DNA of 58,323 nucleotides from Phyllobates terribilis (Eukaryota): the NCBI RefSeq assembly GCF_046119375.1, contig NW_027367423.1, positions 1 through 58,323 of the forward strand. The letters run 5' to 3'. Positions 35,575 through 48,900 of the stretch are shown here, one piece after another (the stretch's first letter is position 1; every line of letters starts with the position of its first letter). Both the position numbers and the translations under genes were made by a program. The notes beneath the pieces were generated by a model. That model made no database searches. It had not been told where the DNA came from and saw only the letters and a program-made list of their open reading frames with translations.

Positions 35575-37936
35575 AACACTAGTGTGCAGTCTAGGGAGGT
35601 TGCCACCCCGCATCATCGAAGAAGATGATGCGACTGAACTTAGAGTAAAGATGATGAGTGGGTGTCCTCGAACAAGTAGACCCGACGCTCATCATCCTGA
35701 TATTACAATCAGGTAACCGACCTAGATCAGAGGGTAGGGTGAATGTCTTTATCATCTCCATACAATCGTCCATAGCGCTATTTGATAATGCAAGGGTTTG
35801 AGCATCTTGACTTGCTTCTTTGAAACAATGGAAAAGTTTGAACTTGTTGAACTGTAAGAGCAGATTGTTAATATCTTGAATTACCGCTGAAATCTGCCAA
35901 GGCACCATCCAGATACGATTCATTTCATTTATAAGTTGAAGGTTATCTCCCTCAAGGATAACGTTGTCATGGTGTGCGTTGGAGCAGTATTGCAAAGCTG
36001 TAAGCACAGCTTTTGCCTTAGCCATGGTGGGGAAACAAAGTTGTATACGATATCTATGGACTTGTCAAATGTCACTATTATGGTTGCGAGCTACAAAAGC
36101 AAAGTATGTTTGCCCTTGAGGGCTGACAAATGCATCAAAATTAACTTTAATCCAATTTTGTTGTTGTTTTTTCCAGTAACTATTTTTCCTTCTAGAGTGG
36201 ACCATTGAAGTGGAATGTTTCTTTTCAAAAGAGTCAGATAACGCTGTTCTCCAGTTCGAGAATTGAAAAAACGCTAAGTCAGAAAGAAGATGTTTAGGTT
36301 GGGTAGTGTGTTGGACTATCTTGCTCTCTCGGAGAAGCCAAATGTTATACCATAAAAAGGAAATTTCTTCACATTTAGTATTTGTCTCAAGAAACGTGTC
36401 CAAGTTCTCAGGAAATGAGCCTATAGCCGTAATGTTATAAATGTGATTGATACGTTGTTGGAATCGGTTAATCATGGTTAATGTGTATGGGCATTGAAAG
36501 AAAATATGATTAGAAGTTCCGAGAGGGGATCCACATAGCGAGCACTCACTGGGGACTGAATTGACGAACCTATTCAGCCTCTCCGTAGTTGGGAGGCAAT
36601 CAGTGGCTGATTTCCAAAGAAAGTTTTAAATTTTAGGAGGTATGTGTAGATTCCAAATACCGTGCTTTCTCGTACCAAAAAGATTAGATTGCCTTTGGGA
36701 ATGGTTGTCATGACTTGTCATAAGGGTTGTGGCTGATTTCGTTGAGAAATCTCGTGATGTTGTAATAGTCTAGATAATATGGTCGTTAGATGGGGAAGAA
36801 GTGATACATAAGTTCACTATTAAGTTAACTATATGGGTTGACAGTACAGTTGCTACTTTGAGATGAATGTCTTGGATGGAAGGATCAAAGTAAGAACGAA
36901 TATTTGTATCAGGAATCCAGTTATCTATCCACAAATTAATGTGTTTACCGTCGTCAACGATCCACAACACACCTTTATTGAAATTGTCGCAGATGAAGCA
37001 GGGGCGAGAATTTCCATGATCGGTTTGCCTTTGTTTTATACGAAAAGATATTTTTTGTACGTAGATTTTTCTAAGTTATGATCCATACCCGTATGTTTTT
37101 GGGCTCAGGCAATATTTTCCAAAGTAATTTCATTTGCAGAGAGCTGTTAATACGAGCTGCTTTTGCAGTCCTATACCTTTAAGAGGTTTAAACCTAAAGA
37201 TTTTATCCCATGCTAGAAGAGGAGGTGCAGTGAAATGTTGCTTATTCCAAAAGAATTTCCTATTAATCTCATCAATTTTGTTACAAACGCCTACAAGAAG
37301 CAGAAAACTTTGTATGAGATAGTTTATTTTTTTTATTGTAGATTAGACTGAATGAGAGTTGTTCTTCCCGCTTATGATAGAGAATTTGATGTCCAAGAAG
37401 ATAACTGTTGTTGCAATTTTGAAATGGCATAGTCAAATCAGGAGTTTTTAATTCTACATGCTATAACTGGAATACCCATATATTTTTCCATAGACTTAGT
37501 AACGTGGAGATTGAGGATGGATGCAAGCCGAGCACGAGTTTGTTGGCAGAATGTTAATCGAAGTTTGGAAGGAACTTTTATGGAAATTGATTGTAAGTCC
37601 GGAAAGTCTAGTAAACCGTTGGAAGACACCGTGAATGAATCGTATGTTCTTTTCTGTGGCATCTGCAAAGATGATTGTGTCATCAACAAATCTGGGAAAT
37701 GGGATGATGGTACCATGTTTAGTGAGTTTAATTCCCACTCTGCGATTTTGTTTGTCATCCTCAATTTGCAATGCACGTGTTAGGGACTCTAATGCAAGAA
37801 TGAATATTGATGGTGCTAACGGGTCTCCTTGTCTTAACCCGCATTTGAATTTAAACACTAGACCTGGAATATTGTTAACGAGAACTGAAACAAATGTGGA
37901 GCGAATACAATTCATTACCAACTCAATCCAAGAGTT
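35575..37936 (-). mobile_element. 5'-truncated decayed L1 LINE (RT, zf-RVT, RNase H-like domain)
   Basis: GLRQGDPLAPSIF, RFVDDTIIF, YMGIP, WIVDDGKHINLWIDNWIP, WIKVNFDA, ILEGDN and HCFKEA motifs across several broken ORFs. Confidence 0.88.
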
Positions 37937-38267
37937 GGCCCCGTTTGGTTACTCTTAGCGGAAAGGCAAAGGGAAATGAAACGAACTTAGATCTTTTCAT
38001 GTCTAGATACAATGATCACAAGTTTTTAGTTGAGTTAATGTTTAAAATTTATATGTGAGAAAGAGGGGGGAAGGGAGTGTTTCACCTCTTTTGAAACCCC
38101 ACCTCATTATTAAGGAAACAAAAACCTTTGTTCATGTGAGTAGCAAGACTACTTTGTATTGTGTCACATGCCACAAAATTACTTTAGAATATGGACAATA
38201 ACATCAAAATAGTCTAGATTCGTTTCCTTTTCGTTCACGTTACCGGAAGATGTAACCAAACGGGGAC
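37937..38267. mobile_element. Tourist (PIF/Harbinger) MITE
   Basis: TIRs GGCCCCGTTTGGTTAC / GTAACCAAACGGGGAC, followed by TAA. Confidence 0.8.
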
Positions 38268-39017
38268 TAAATTTCAATCAAACACTCGCATCTAAAAGAA
38301 AGCATTGACAGTTTATGGTGGGCAATACTTAAACAAATAACATTTAACAATCTAAAATTAAATTGCTGAGATTAGAGAACAAAATTAATGAGATTGTGAC
38401 TCGTGGACGTTATGTGTTGCAGAGAATCGGCGGCGTCAGTTGCAAGTGACTTCAGCAAGCGTGAGTCAAGCTCACCGGCGCCGCTTCTCAGGAGTAGTCA
38501 ACTAGTCACGCACGACGTACTCCTGTACTCGACTTGACAGTCGCAGGCGACGACCCAATGCGGAGGGCGGCTGCAAGAGGGTTGAGGTGAGGGTTTGTTA
38601 TGAAAAAGAATTTGAGCCGTTTAAATTTTTTAATAAAACACGTCGTTTTGATCAATCTGAAACTATATCGTTTTAACACTTCACTTAAAAAACCCCTAAA
38701 TTTCTAATGTCTTCCTCTTCTACGTTTAATTTACAGAGGCCTCCATTGATAAACTATTCCTCGCCCCTCCATTTTTGAACATATACTAAGTAATCCGGGA
38801 GGAAAGCAGGGGGCGTTGGACCATCCAAGCCCCTCCCTAGATCCGCCACTCACATATTCTACATCACAGTTTCGAGTCTGATGAATCTCAACCAAAACAA
38901 CAACGCCAATCGCTGAAGCCTGACGATCCGGTAGATGCCCGCAACTTGTTCGATGATATGCCTCTGAGAACCTTCTCCTTTTCCACCCTCCATCTGAACC
39001 TCCAATCCTTAGTGTTC

Positions 39018-40007
39018 ATGATGCTAATACTTTTCAGAAGATGCAATTTCATTTCTACCGCTAGAATCAACCCTCGCGCTATTACATGTTTGAATACATT
39101 CCGACTGTTTGCTTCAGCATCTCTGAATGAAGACAGGAGCAGTCACTGTAAGAATCACCCTGACGATTTATCGTTTCCTCCTCTCGTTCCTCAAGATCAG
39201 TCCCCTCTTAGTAGCACCGAGATCAAGGTATTTGATTCCGACACTTGGGAGCTTTCTTCAGGTCTTGCTTTTATGTCAAAGAGCTACAGTTACAGACATC
39301 AGACGAATTCATTCTGCAGAGACGAATTCAACGATGAAGTGTGTAATAACCGTTCGGAATTCAACAACGAGCTTGACATCGACGAGATCGAAGACATGAG
39401 GATTCGCGACAGCCTGTTTTACAAAATCGACCGCGGATCCAAGGAGTTTGAAGAGTACCAATTCGACTACCATGGGAGAAAACCTCGTTACGACAAAGGT
39501 CCAGAAAAGAACGAACCCCCTTCAAACAACACAAACTCTGTCGAAGAACAAGTTTCTAGGGTTATCAAAGAAAACTACATCGTGTGCAGTTCAGATGATA
39601 ATAATCCAGTAAAGAAACAAAGGAAGCCGACATTCAATCAGGTTAGTGGACCGTATTTAGAGCCATTCTGTTTGGATGTTTACATATCAAAGCAGTCAGT
39701 TCGTGCATGTATAGTTCATAGAGTGAGTAGCAAGGTTGTTGCTGTTGCACACTCCATTTCAAAGGACATGAAATCTGATCTGGGTTCTACTAGAAATGCA
39801 TCTGCTTGTGCTGCTGTTGGTAGAGTTCTTGCTCAGAGAGCTTTGGCGGATGACATTCATGATGTTGTTTTTACTCCAAGGAAAGGTGAGAAGGTGGAAG
39901 GTAAACTTCAGGTTGTGCTTGATTCCATTAGAGATAGTGGTATAAACTTGAAGGTGAAGATGAAGCAAAGGAATGCCAAGAGAGCTGTTGTTTATAATAT
40001 GCCATAG
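39018..40007 (+). CDS. Ribosomal protein uL18-like (L18p/L5e family) protein with a long N-terminal extension, 329 aa, probably organelle-targeted
   Basis: Single uninterrupted ORF. The C-terminus has EPFCLDVYISKQSVRACIVHRVSSKVVAVAHSISKD..GRVLAQRALADDIHDVVF; the N-terminus is Arg/Ser/Phe-rich like a transit peptide. First ATG at 39018 (the ORF track starts at an upstream TTG). Confidence 0.88.
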   Translation: MMLILFRRCNFISTARINPRAITCLNTFRLFASASLNEDRSSHCKNHPDDLSFPPLVPQDQSPLSSTEIKVFDSDTWELSSGLAFMSKSYSYRHQTNSFCRDEFNDEVCNNRSEFNNELDIDEIEDMRIRDSLFYKIDRGSKEFEEYQFDYHGRKPRYDKGPEKNEPPSNNTNSVEEQVSRVIKENYIVCSSDDNNPVKKQRKPTFNQVSGPYLEPFCLDVYISKQSVRACIVHRVSSKVVAVAHSISKDMKSDLGSTRNASACAAVGRVLAQRALADDIHDVVFTPRKGEKVEGKLQVVLDSIRDSGINLKVKMKQRNAKRAVVYNMP

Positions 40008-40252
40008 CACCATGGCTGAGTTTGGTTTATGAAAAACTGGTACTTCATATATGTCTGTGCTTGTTTCTTTTATTTGACTGTACCATGAACCATTGTAGCT
40101 ATATCCATGTTACAATTCACTAGCAGAAGATTTCAGGCTCGTATACGGTTAATTAAATAACTATAAATGATGGTTTTTGGAGTTTTTAATTATGAAAACA
40201 TTTCATGCAGTGGGCAGTTTAACTTCTTAGTGTGACCATGGACATACTGTAA

Positions 40253-41577
40253 GACCATAAATATCCATCCCCACAAATCTCACCTCACCCCACATTTTTA
40301 ATATAATATTAATTTTTCTACCCAATCTTCCAACCAACCCAATCACAACAATAAAAACCACATTTATTCATGACTGTTGGATCGGTGAGCTTCTCCACAA
40401 AGTAAAGCTTTGGAAGCTTAGAACTCGTATCGATTGCGGAAGAGAGAAGCTAGACTATAGAACGAATCAAGAACAATTTCTGTGTAAGTCTCTCTTTGAT
40501 GTATTCAATCTTTCTTTGATGTGTTTACAAAAGGACGACTATTCTCTCTCTTTTGTCTCACACAGCATAAAGCAATACACTCAAAAGCTCTGAATTACAA
40601 CTCACGATTAACTTCTATACAAGCTTAATCCTAAGCTATATATAGAACATCACAAAAGCTAGCTAATACATAATGCGGAATTAAAACGTGCTTATTTCCC
40701 ATTGGCTGACAAGAAGGACTTCGTTGGGCCATTAAGCGCTACTTCACTTCACCCAATCCCATCTTGACACGTACTTAGCTTGCTAACTGCTTCTGACGCG
40801 CGCGCTGCAACAACCCTGTGCAACTTGCACTTCAAGAATTTATTCAACACGTGCAAAACTCTGATTGCTTGGTTTCTCTTCGCACTTGCTTAATTGTAAC
40901 GCATTTGAGTCTTCTACCAGATTGACTCTATTTAGCTTGATAACTCCAGCGTCCTTAGTCTCGCTGAACGTGATTAACGCTAAATGGCTTAAGCGACCTT
41001 CAGATCTCTTCAAGCTACCTTCAACACTGTATACACTTGAGTTCCAATTAAAAAGTCTAAGTTTGATATCATCAAAACTAAGAAAACTAGTCAAGCTACC
41101 TCAGCTTAACTAACAATGACCTTTAATGTGACCAACAATTCAATATATTTTTATTTTTCACTTTCTTATAATTATAACATAGCTACAATATAACAATTCA
41201 ATATAATAATTATATTAGACATAAAATCTGAAAATTCATTTAAAAAATTATAATACCAATTTAACATTACATTAATGAAGTTCAACCATGAACAACTAAA
41301 AACAAATATTACAATAGAAAATTTATTTTTATAAATTTTGTTATATATTGTATAATTTAGTATTATAAAATTTATTTTTATAATTTAATTAAAATATATA
41401 AAAAAAATAAAACCAATAGGGGTGACAAGTGTCACCACCCTATTGGTTGGGGGTGGGCGACCTTGGAGGTCTGTGGTGGGGGTTGGGTTGACCAGCTTGG
41501 TCGCCCAACCCATCTTTTATTTTTTTTGGTGGGTCCCACACACCTTGGCCCACCCACCTCAATGGATATTTGTGGTC
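40253..41577. mobile_element. PIF/Harbinger-type MITE hosting a solo LTR
   Basis: TIRs GACCATAAATATCCAT / ATGGATATTTGTGGTC with TAA on both sides. Confidence 0.75.
40375..41115. mobile_element. Solo LTR (741 bp), probably minus orientation
   Basis: TGTT...AACA termini with a perfect 5-bp TSD ATGAC; no internal region. Confidence 0.88.
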
Positions 41578-41941
41578 TAAGAAAACTAATTTTGGAAAGG
41601 AAAAGATTCATTCTTCCCAAGGAATTAAATAAGAAACCTTCAACAAAAAGCAATTAGTTTTAATTATTAACTTCCTACTTCTAGTTTAATCAAGTGCAAA
41701 ATAATTTTCCGTGCGGACTATGATAGTGCACCAGTGACCATTGCACTATGTGGAGTATACTTGGTAATGCACTCAAGAGTATACCTATAGTGCACTTGGT
41801 AGTGTACTCAAAACTGAAGAGTACCAGTGCAGTAATGAGAAGTGCCTAGTATACTGATGAGTGCACTAGTAGTTCATTGAAGAGTGCACCTGTAGTGCAC
41901 TCGCAAATACACCAGTAGTACACTGATTAGTGCATTTGGTA

Positions 41942-44900
41942 TGTTAGGATAATTTCCTATTATGTGTTATTTGGGTTCAGACTTGTAATTTATGTATTGG
42001 GCCAGTGATGTAGTTAGAGGCCCAAGTGGGTGTTTGCTCAGGTAGAAGTCCAGGAGCTTGCTAGCCCAAAAGTGGAGCTCGTCCGGTTCACTTAAACTCC
42101 CAGTTCAGAGCTAGGATATATATATCCTGGTTTTTTAGGGTTCAAACCCTAACCCTCATTCTTCACTTGAGTTGTGCTGTTTCCTTGAGAGCGTTTGGTG
42201 TTTGTTCTTGTGGCGATTCCTGTTCTGGTGTTCCGATACGAAGCTGGTGAAGTTTCTCGCTTTGCCTTTGAGAGAAGAAGACGATGGTGGCTTGTTCTTC
42301 TCCTTTATGGTGGTGTTTCCATCTCTTTGGTGGCATGGCTCCATTGAAGGGTTGGTGAAGCTCTTGCTGGCACACTTCGGCTGTTCACCTCGTTGGGAAG
42401 TTGTTCTTCCTTTTAGATCTTGTTGTTCTTGATCTTGTTTACTTGTCTGAGCTGATTCTGAGGTTGCTCCTCTTATTGTATTTGCTTGACTGTGTGCATA
42501 GTGGAATAAGCTCTCATCCTGAGGCCCACAGACGTAGGACATTTGTCCGAACTGCGCAAACAAATCTTTGTGTTGTTTGTGTTCGTATTTTGGTAGATCT
42601 GAACCTGTGAATCTCGAAATAACCTAATTGAAACTCAATCTCACAGATTGGTATCAGAGCCAGGTTGTTTTGCGACTTGCATGCGTTTTTTCCTTGTTCT
42701 TTGAGACTTATATTGGCTTGCATGTTCATTTCTTGCTTTTGTGTGGATCTGAACTGAGTTGCATGTTCTTTTGATAGTCTCTGAGATGTGGATTGGCTTG
42801 CATGTTCTTGATATTATATGCTCTGTCTTGATTCTGACCTTGATCGCTTCCGCATGTTGTATTGATCTGGTTGTTTGAGGTCCTTGTGGATTGAATCTTG
42901 ACTTTGTGACTTCACCTCTGGTGTTGGAGTCATTTGTTGAGTACACTACTGTGGTGTTACTTGATTTGATTTTCAGATCTGAGTGAACTTTTGTGTTCAC
43001 TGGATCTTGGAAAATCACTTTTTGATCTGAGTTTGTGCTTTGGATCCCTGTTGTGTGATTACTTGTGCAAGCTATGTCTTGGACTATTTCTGGTTCCTTT
43101 GTGTGTGTGATTGGTTCGTTGTTACTGATGTATGATAAGAACTTGATTACTACACTAACTTGTGTAATTGGCCAGGTACTATGGCCGATAACAACATCAG
43201 GATGAAGCTGTTTGATGGCAACACTGACTTTGCCATGTGTCAGGTCAAGATGAAGGTTGTCTTGATCAAAGAAAAATGCCACAAAGCTATAACTGGGGAC
43301 TACCTTGCAGAAACTTCCCATGCTAGACGCCTTGAGATAGATGAGCAAGCCCATTCCGAAATCATGATCAGGTTGGCCGATGATGTGGCCCGACAAGTAG
43401 TACAATACACTACTACTAAGGATTTATGGGAAGCTCTAGAATTTTTATACTTGATTAAGTCATTGCCTTCTAGGATTTCATTATTGTGTAGACTGTTTAC
43501 ATTTAAACTAGACATTAATCACACTTTAAATGATAATTTGGATAGGTTTCTTAGAATGACACAAGACTTAGCTAGATGTGATGATAAGATAAAAGGATCT
43601 CATGAGACTGTCCTATTACTTAATTCTTTACCTACTCAGTTTGATAACTTGAAAGGTGTGATTCAATTTAGTTCTGAAAATTGACTAAGTTAAAGATCAT
43701 AGAAGCTATAACTGAGAAGAATGAACTGTTAAAGGTTTTTTAAGACTAAGAATGACAAAAAGTTTGAGTCTAAACCTGAGGTCTTGTATACTGATAACAA
43801 GAATAAAAAGAAACAGAAGTATAAGAATGATAAGAAAAGGACTTTAGCTCTTCTAAAGAGTCTGAGCAAAAGAAAAAAGATCTCTATTGCAAGAAGGGTG
43901 GTCACTTCATTAAGGATTGCTATAAAAAAAGGACGAGTCTTCTAAAACTAATAACAATGATAACTCTGCATCTATCTTAGAAACTCAGGAATTCTATGAT
44001 TGTGAATTGCTCATGTGTTTTAATGTGCCTATTAGTAATAATATTTGGATTCTAGATTCTGGATGTACCATGCATGCTACTTCTAATAGATCCCTGTTTT
44101 AGCTCTTTACATGAAACTAATGGGGGAAATGTTATGTTGGGAGACGATAGTACCCTTAGGATAAGAGATATAGGAAATGTTGCTTCAGAATACATGATGG
44201 TAAAATAAGGAGTTCTCCAAAATGTTAGGTGGATACCCAAACTTAGGAGAAACTTACTCTCTGAGTCTGTGTTTGATAATATGAAGTGTCAAATTAACAC
44301 TAGTGATGGAATTAGAGATATTCTCAAGGATGGTAAGACTCTAATACGAGGAATCAATAAGGCGGGCTATACCATGTTATAACTACACCTGAACTAAACC
44401 TGACCCAAAACTTGTGATATTTTGACCCTTGATCAAACTAAACTATGGCATAGTAGGATGGGTCACATATGTTCTAAGGGTCTGAATTATCTGTTTAAAC
44501 TGGGCCTAATTAATAAGAAACCTAGTGATTTGGACATGTGTGAAGATTGTATACCTGGAAAGAAAACTAATGCTCCTTTTCCCAGGTCAAATTATGTGGC
44601 TAAAAATCCTCTAGAATATATGCACTCAGACCTTTGGGTCCTGCTCAAGTAAGCACTATAGGAGGTAGAGGTATTTCATGTCTTTCATAGATCGTTTTTC
44701 TAGGAAAACTTGGATATACTAGCTTAGAACTAAGGATGAAGCATTTACCACTTTTAAGAACTAGAAGCATGCTGTTGAAAACCAAGTAGATTGCAAATTA
44801 AAATGTCTAAGAACAGATAATGGCCTTGAGTATTGTAACCAAAATTTCACCAATTATTGTCTTGAAAATGGAATAAAAAGACATCTAACAGTGCCTGGAA

Positions 44901-47900
44901 CCCCTCAACAAAATGGTATTGCTGAGAGGATGAATAGGACAATGTTAGATAAGGCTAGATGTATGTTAATAAATTCTGGCCTTAAACATGTTTTTTGGGG
45001 TGAATCTGTCACTACTGCATGTTTTTTAATCAATAGGTCTCCTAGTTCTACTATTGAATTTAAAACACCCCAAGAATTATGGTCTGGACACAAACCTGAT
45101 TTGAGTCACTTGAGAACTTTTGGATGTGTTGCTTATGCCAAAGTTTCTCAAGGTAAACTTGAACCAAGGGCTATAATGTGTCATGTTGAATTACCCTGAG
45201 GGAGTTAAAGGTTACAAACTCTTGGTAATCCAACCACATGGATTTAAGGTCATTACATCTAGTTGAATTTAATGAAAATAAATTCCATTTTAAGGATAAA
45301 TTGACTGTGGTGAATGAGCAAGCAAGTACCAATGAAGATGAAACCACGGTGGTGAGATCATCCAGGCAGCCTGATGTAGAGGTAGTCCAACAACTCCCAC
45401 AAGATGAGGAGTTTTATCTTGCCCTTCACTCCATGACTGAGAGTGAGTCAGTTAATGAGGAGGAAGAAGTAACCAGAAGCTCTAGAGAGGTTGATAACCC
45501 AGAGCCTGGAGGTGTTGAAAATGGCAATGTGTCACCATTAAGGGAGGGTAACATGGAAGATAATGGTAACAGTGTATCTTCTATCCCTTTGTCCTACTCT
45601 AATTCAGATACTGTCTATAGCAATAATAAGCATAATAATTCTGCTAATGAGCATGATAAGTCTGATAATAGTAATATGAATGACTTAAGTGATTATCAAT
45701 TGACTAGAGACAGAACTCCTAGGATTAGAGTGCTAAACAAGTGGTTATCTTCTAATAATGTTGAACATGTCATTAATGGAAATAGTCAATTTAGTAGAGT
45801 ATGCTTTTACCTACTGCCTCTGATATCCATGATAGATTCACACCTGACACTTTTGAGCATGCTATAAACTATAAAAATACTAAGGAATGGATAAGTGCTA
45901 TGAATGATATGAGATTAGTTCCATGAATGTTAATAAAACTTGTCTTTGGTTCCTAAACCTAAAACGCTAAATTAATTGACTGTAAATGGATATTCAAAAT
46001 TAAGGAAGGAAATAGCATAAAGGATCCACCTAGATACAAAGCTAGGTTAGTGGCCAAATGATTTACCCAAGAAGAGGGGATTGATTATAATGATATTTTT
46101 GCCCCTGTAGTCAAGTATAAGACTATGAGACTGCTATTAGCTATATGCATTGTTTATAATTGGGAATTAGAATAAATGGATGTTAAAACTGCTTTCTTAC
46201 ATGGTGATTTAAATGAAACTATATATATGGCTCAACCTAAGGGTTTCATTGACAAATCTAGACCTGACTATGCATATTTACTTAGTAAGTCTATATATGG
46301 CCTTAAACAGTCACCTATACAGTGGAATTTAAAATTTGATTCATGCATGAAAAAGTTAGGGTTTCATAGAAGCAGTTATTACACTTGCCTTTATTTTAAG
46401 AATATTAAAACTGCATCTCCCTTGTATGTGTTGTTATATGTTGATGACATTCTGTTAATATGTAACTCTAAGGTTAGTATTTCAGGAGTTAGAAGGGACC
46501 TTAAAATGTATTTTGATATGAAAGATTTAGGCTCAGCTCAGACGATTCTAGGTGTTAGAATTATAAGAAATGGGCAAAAGAAACTCATGTGGCTTTCACA
46601 AAAGGATTATATACATAAAGTCCTAGATAAATTCAACATGAATGATTCTAAACCTACTTCTATACCCTTAGGAGGGCACCTAGAGCTAAACTGAAATTGA
46701 TTAGATGGCTAAAATCCCCTATGATGTGGCTGTTGGATCTGTTATTTATACTATGTTATGCACTAGACCAGACCTTGTATTTGCTGTTAGTCTGCTTAGT
46801 AGATTCATGTCTAACCCAGGTGAACTACATTGGACTGCTATGAAATATGCTTTGAGTTATCTTAACCAAGAACTTGTGTTTATGTTATTCTAATCATGCT
46901 AGTGATAAAGAATTATTTGGATTTGTTGATAGTGATTATGCTAGTAATAAGGATACTAGAAAATCTACCACTGCTTTTGTTTATACTTGGGCTGGTAATT
47001 GTATATCTTGGAAATCACAACAACAACCTATAGTTGCTTTATCTAGTACTGAAGCAGAATATATTGTAGCTAATGAGGCTGCTAAAGAAGCCATTTGGCT
47101 TACTGGGTTACTTAATGAGATTAAGTTTAATTCTTATGTTCCTGTTTTGCATATTCAAAGTGCCTTATATCTTTGCAAGGATCCTGTTTACCATGAACGG
47201 TCAAAACATATAGATGTGAGATTGCATTTTACACGAGACTTAGTTGATGAAAAACAAATAATTGTTAGAAAGGTTAAGGGTGACTACAGTCCTGCAGATT
47301 TTGGGACTAAGATTGTTACAACTGATAAGTTTGCATTTTGTAGGGATTTCCTCCATGTGTGGGATGTTCCTTAGGGGGCTACATAAACTGGTTTGATGAC
47401 GGAGAGGGCATATTCCACTCCCTGGTCTAGGCGATGGTTGTGCGTGTACAACTAAGGGTTAGGGCTTTGCACATATAGCAAATTAGGAGGGCAATTGTTA
47501 GGATAATTTCCTATTATGTGTTATTTGGGTTCAGACTTGTAATTTATGTATTGGGTCAATGATGTAGTTTGAGGCCCAAGTGGGTGTTTGTTCAAGTAGA
47601 AGCTCACGAGCTTGCTAGCTCGAAAGTGGAGCTCGTCTGGTTCACTTAAACTCTCGGTTCAGAGCTAGGATATATATATCCTGGTTTTTTAGGGTTGAAA
47701 CCCTAACCCTCATTCTTCACTTGAGTTGCGTTGTTTCATTGAGAGCGTTTGGTGGTTGTTCTTGTGGCGATTCCTGTTATAGTGTTCCGATTCGAAGCTG
47801 GTGAAGTTTCTCGCTTTGTCTTTGAGAGAAGAAGACAACGGTGGCTTGTTCTTCTCCTTTGTGGTGGTGTTTCCATCTCTCTGGTGGCGTGGCTCCATTG

Positions 47901-48199
47901 AAGGGCTGGTGAAGCTCCTGCTGGCACGCATCGGTTGTTCACTTCGTTGGGAAGTTGTTCTTCCTTATAGATCTTATTGTTCTTGATCTTGTTTACTTGT
48001 CTGAACTGATTCTGAGGTTGCTCCTCTTGTTATATTTGCTTGACTGTGTGCATAGTGGAATAGACTCTCATCCTGAGGCCCGCAGACGTAGTACATTTGT
48101 CCGAACTGCGGAAACAAATCTTTGTGTTGTTTGTGTTCGTATTTTGGTAGATCTGAACCCGTGAATCTCGAAATAACCTAATTGAAACTCAATCTCACA
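41942..48199 (+). mobile_element. Full-length Copia LTR retrotransposon (Tork/Tnt1-like), decayed
   Basis: LTRs 41942-42645 and 47496-48199 (704 bp each, TG..CA), TSD TGGTA, tRNA-iMet PBS TGGTATCAGAGC at 42649-42660, and PPT AGGAGGGC at ~47485. Confidence 0.96.
43181..47374 (+). pseudogene. Copia gag-pol (gag, protease, GAG-pre-integrase, integrase, RT, RNase H), disrupted
   Basis: KLFDGNTDF (gag), WILDSGCTMH (protease), LWHSRMGH, TPQQNGIAERMNRT (integrase), MDVKTAFLHG, LLYVDDIL (RT) and ALSSTEAEY..KHIDVR (RNase H); multiple stops and frameshifts. Confidence 0.93.
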
Positions 48200-48900
48200 T
48201 GGTAGTGTACTGAAGAATATACCAATAACATACTGAAAAATGCACCATTTTTAACGATTCTGTACAATCCGCACGGAGGATTAGTTTACGCTGGAAACAT
48301 CTTATATTAACGTGTACTCGTTCTATTTGACACCTGAATCGTCTTATCTTTTTCAATTTCAATTATACTCCTTTAGTATGCTTAGCCTACTTTGTGATCC
48401 GAACTACCAAGATCAGTCAAAAATCGTAAAGAAGTCGAGTGTTTAGAAAATCTGTTATTTCTCAGTTGAATCCCAAAATATACATTTGAGGGAACTGCTT
48501 GATGGTGAATGTTGATCACGAAGAAGATGGATGTAAGTAATAATTATAGATGCTTCTGAAGCGAAAGATGAACGACCTCAGATCTCTAGAAATTGATGTA
48601 TTGTAAGCAGAACTGTTCATTAGTTCAAACGGTTCGAGAAACTTTTGTACTAGCTCAGCTTGTTGAACTGCTACCCTGATGTGATTATGTATATCAGAAC
48701 CTTTCTGCTCAACCACATTAATTAATACTGTATATATAATATATTTACCCGGATTGGATTGTCCTAATCTCTGATTATAGATTAAGCATACAGGAATCAA
48801 GCTTGAGCATATATGCAAGAAAAGAGGAAGTAAACACACCATCAGATTCCGGAAAACTGAACAAGAACCAACATTTTACAACACAGAGTATAGTAATCAG

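Larger units (their letters stand above)
41704..48281. mobile_element. TA-flanked MITE with (T)AGTGCAC repeats, split by the Copia insertion
   Basis: TIR-like TTCCGTGCGGA / TCCGCACGGAG; the AGTG(C/T)ACT-type repeats continue on both sides of the Copia. Confidence 0.6.

Noticed and set aside
38946-39017. Longer 353-aa start for the uL18-like protein
   Set aside because: It begins at TTG; the first ATG at 39018 gives a plausible transit peptide.
42156-43405. Antisense ORFs in the Copia LTR and leader (135 aa and 254 aa)
   Set aside because: The LTR ORF is not kept open in the 3' LTR copy; the leader ORF is low-complexity with no ATG start or motif.
48516-48842. 108-aa ORF downstream of FdC1
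   Set aside because: No ATG start, no recognisable motif or splice context; probably 3' flank.
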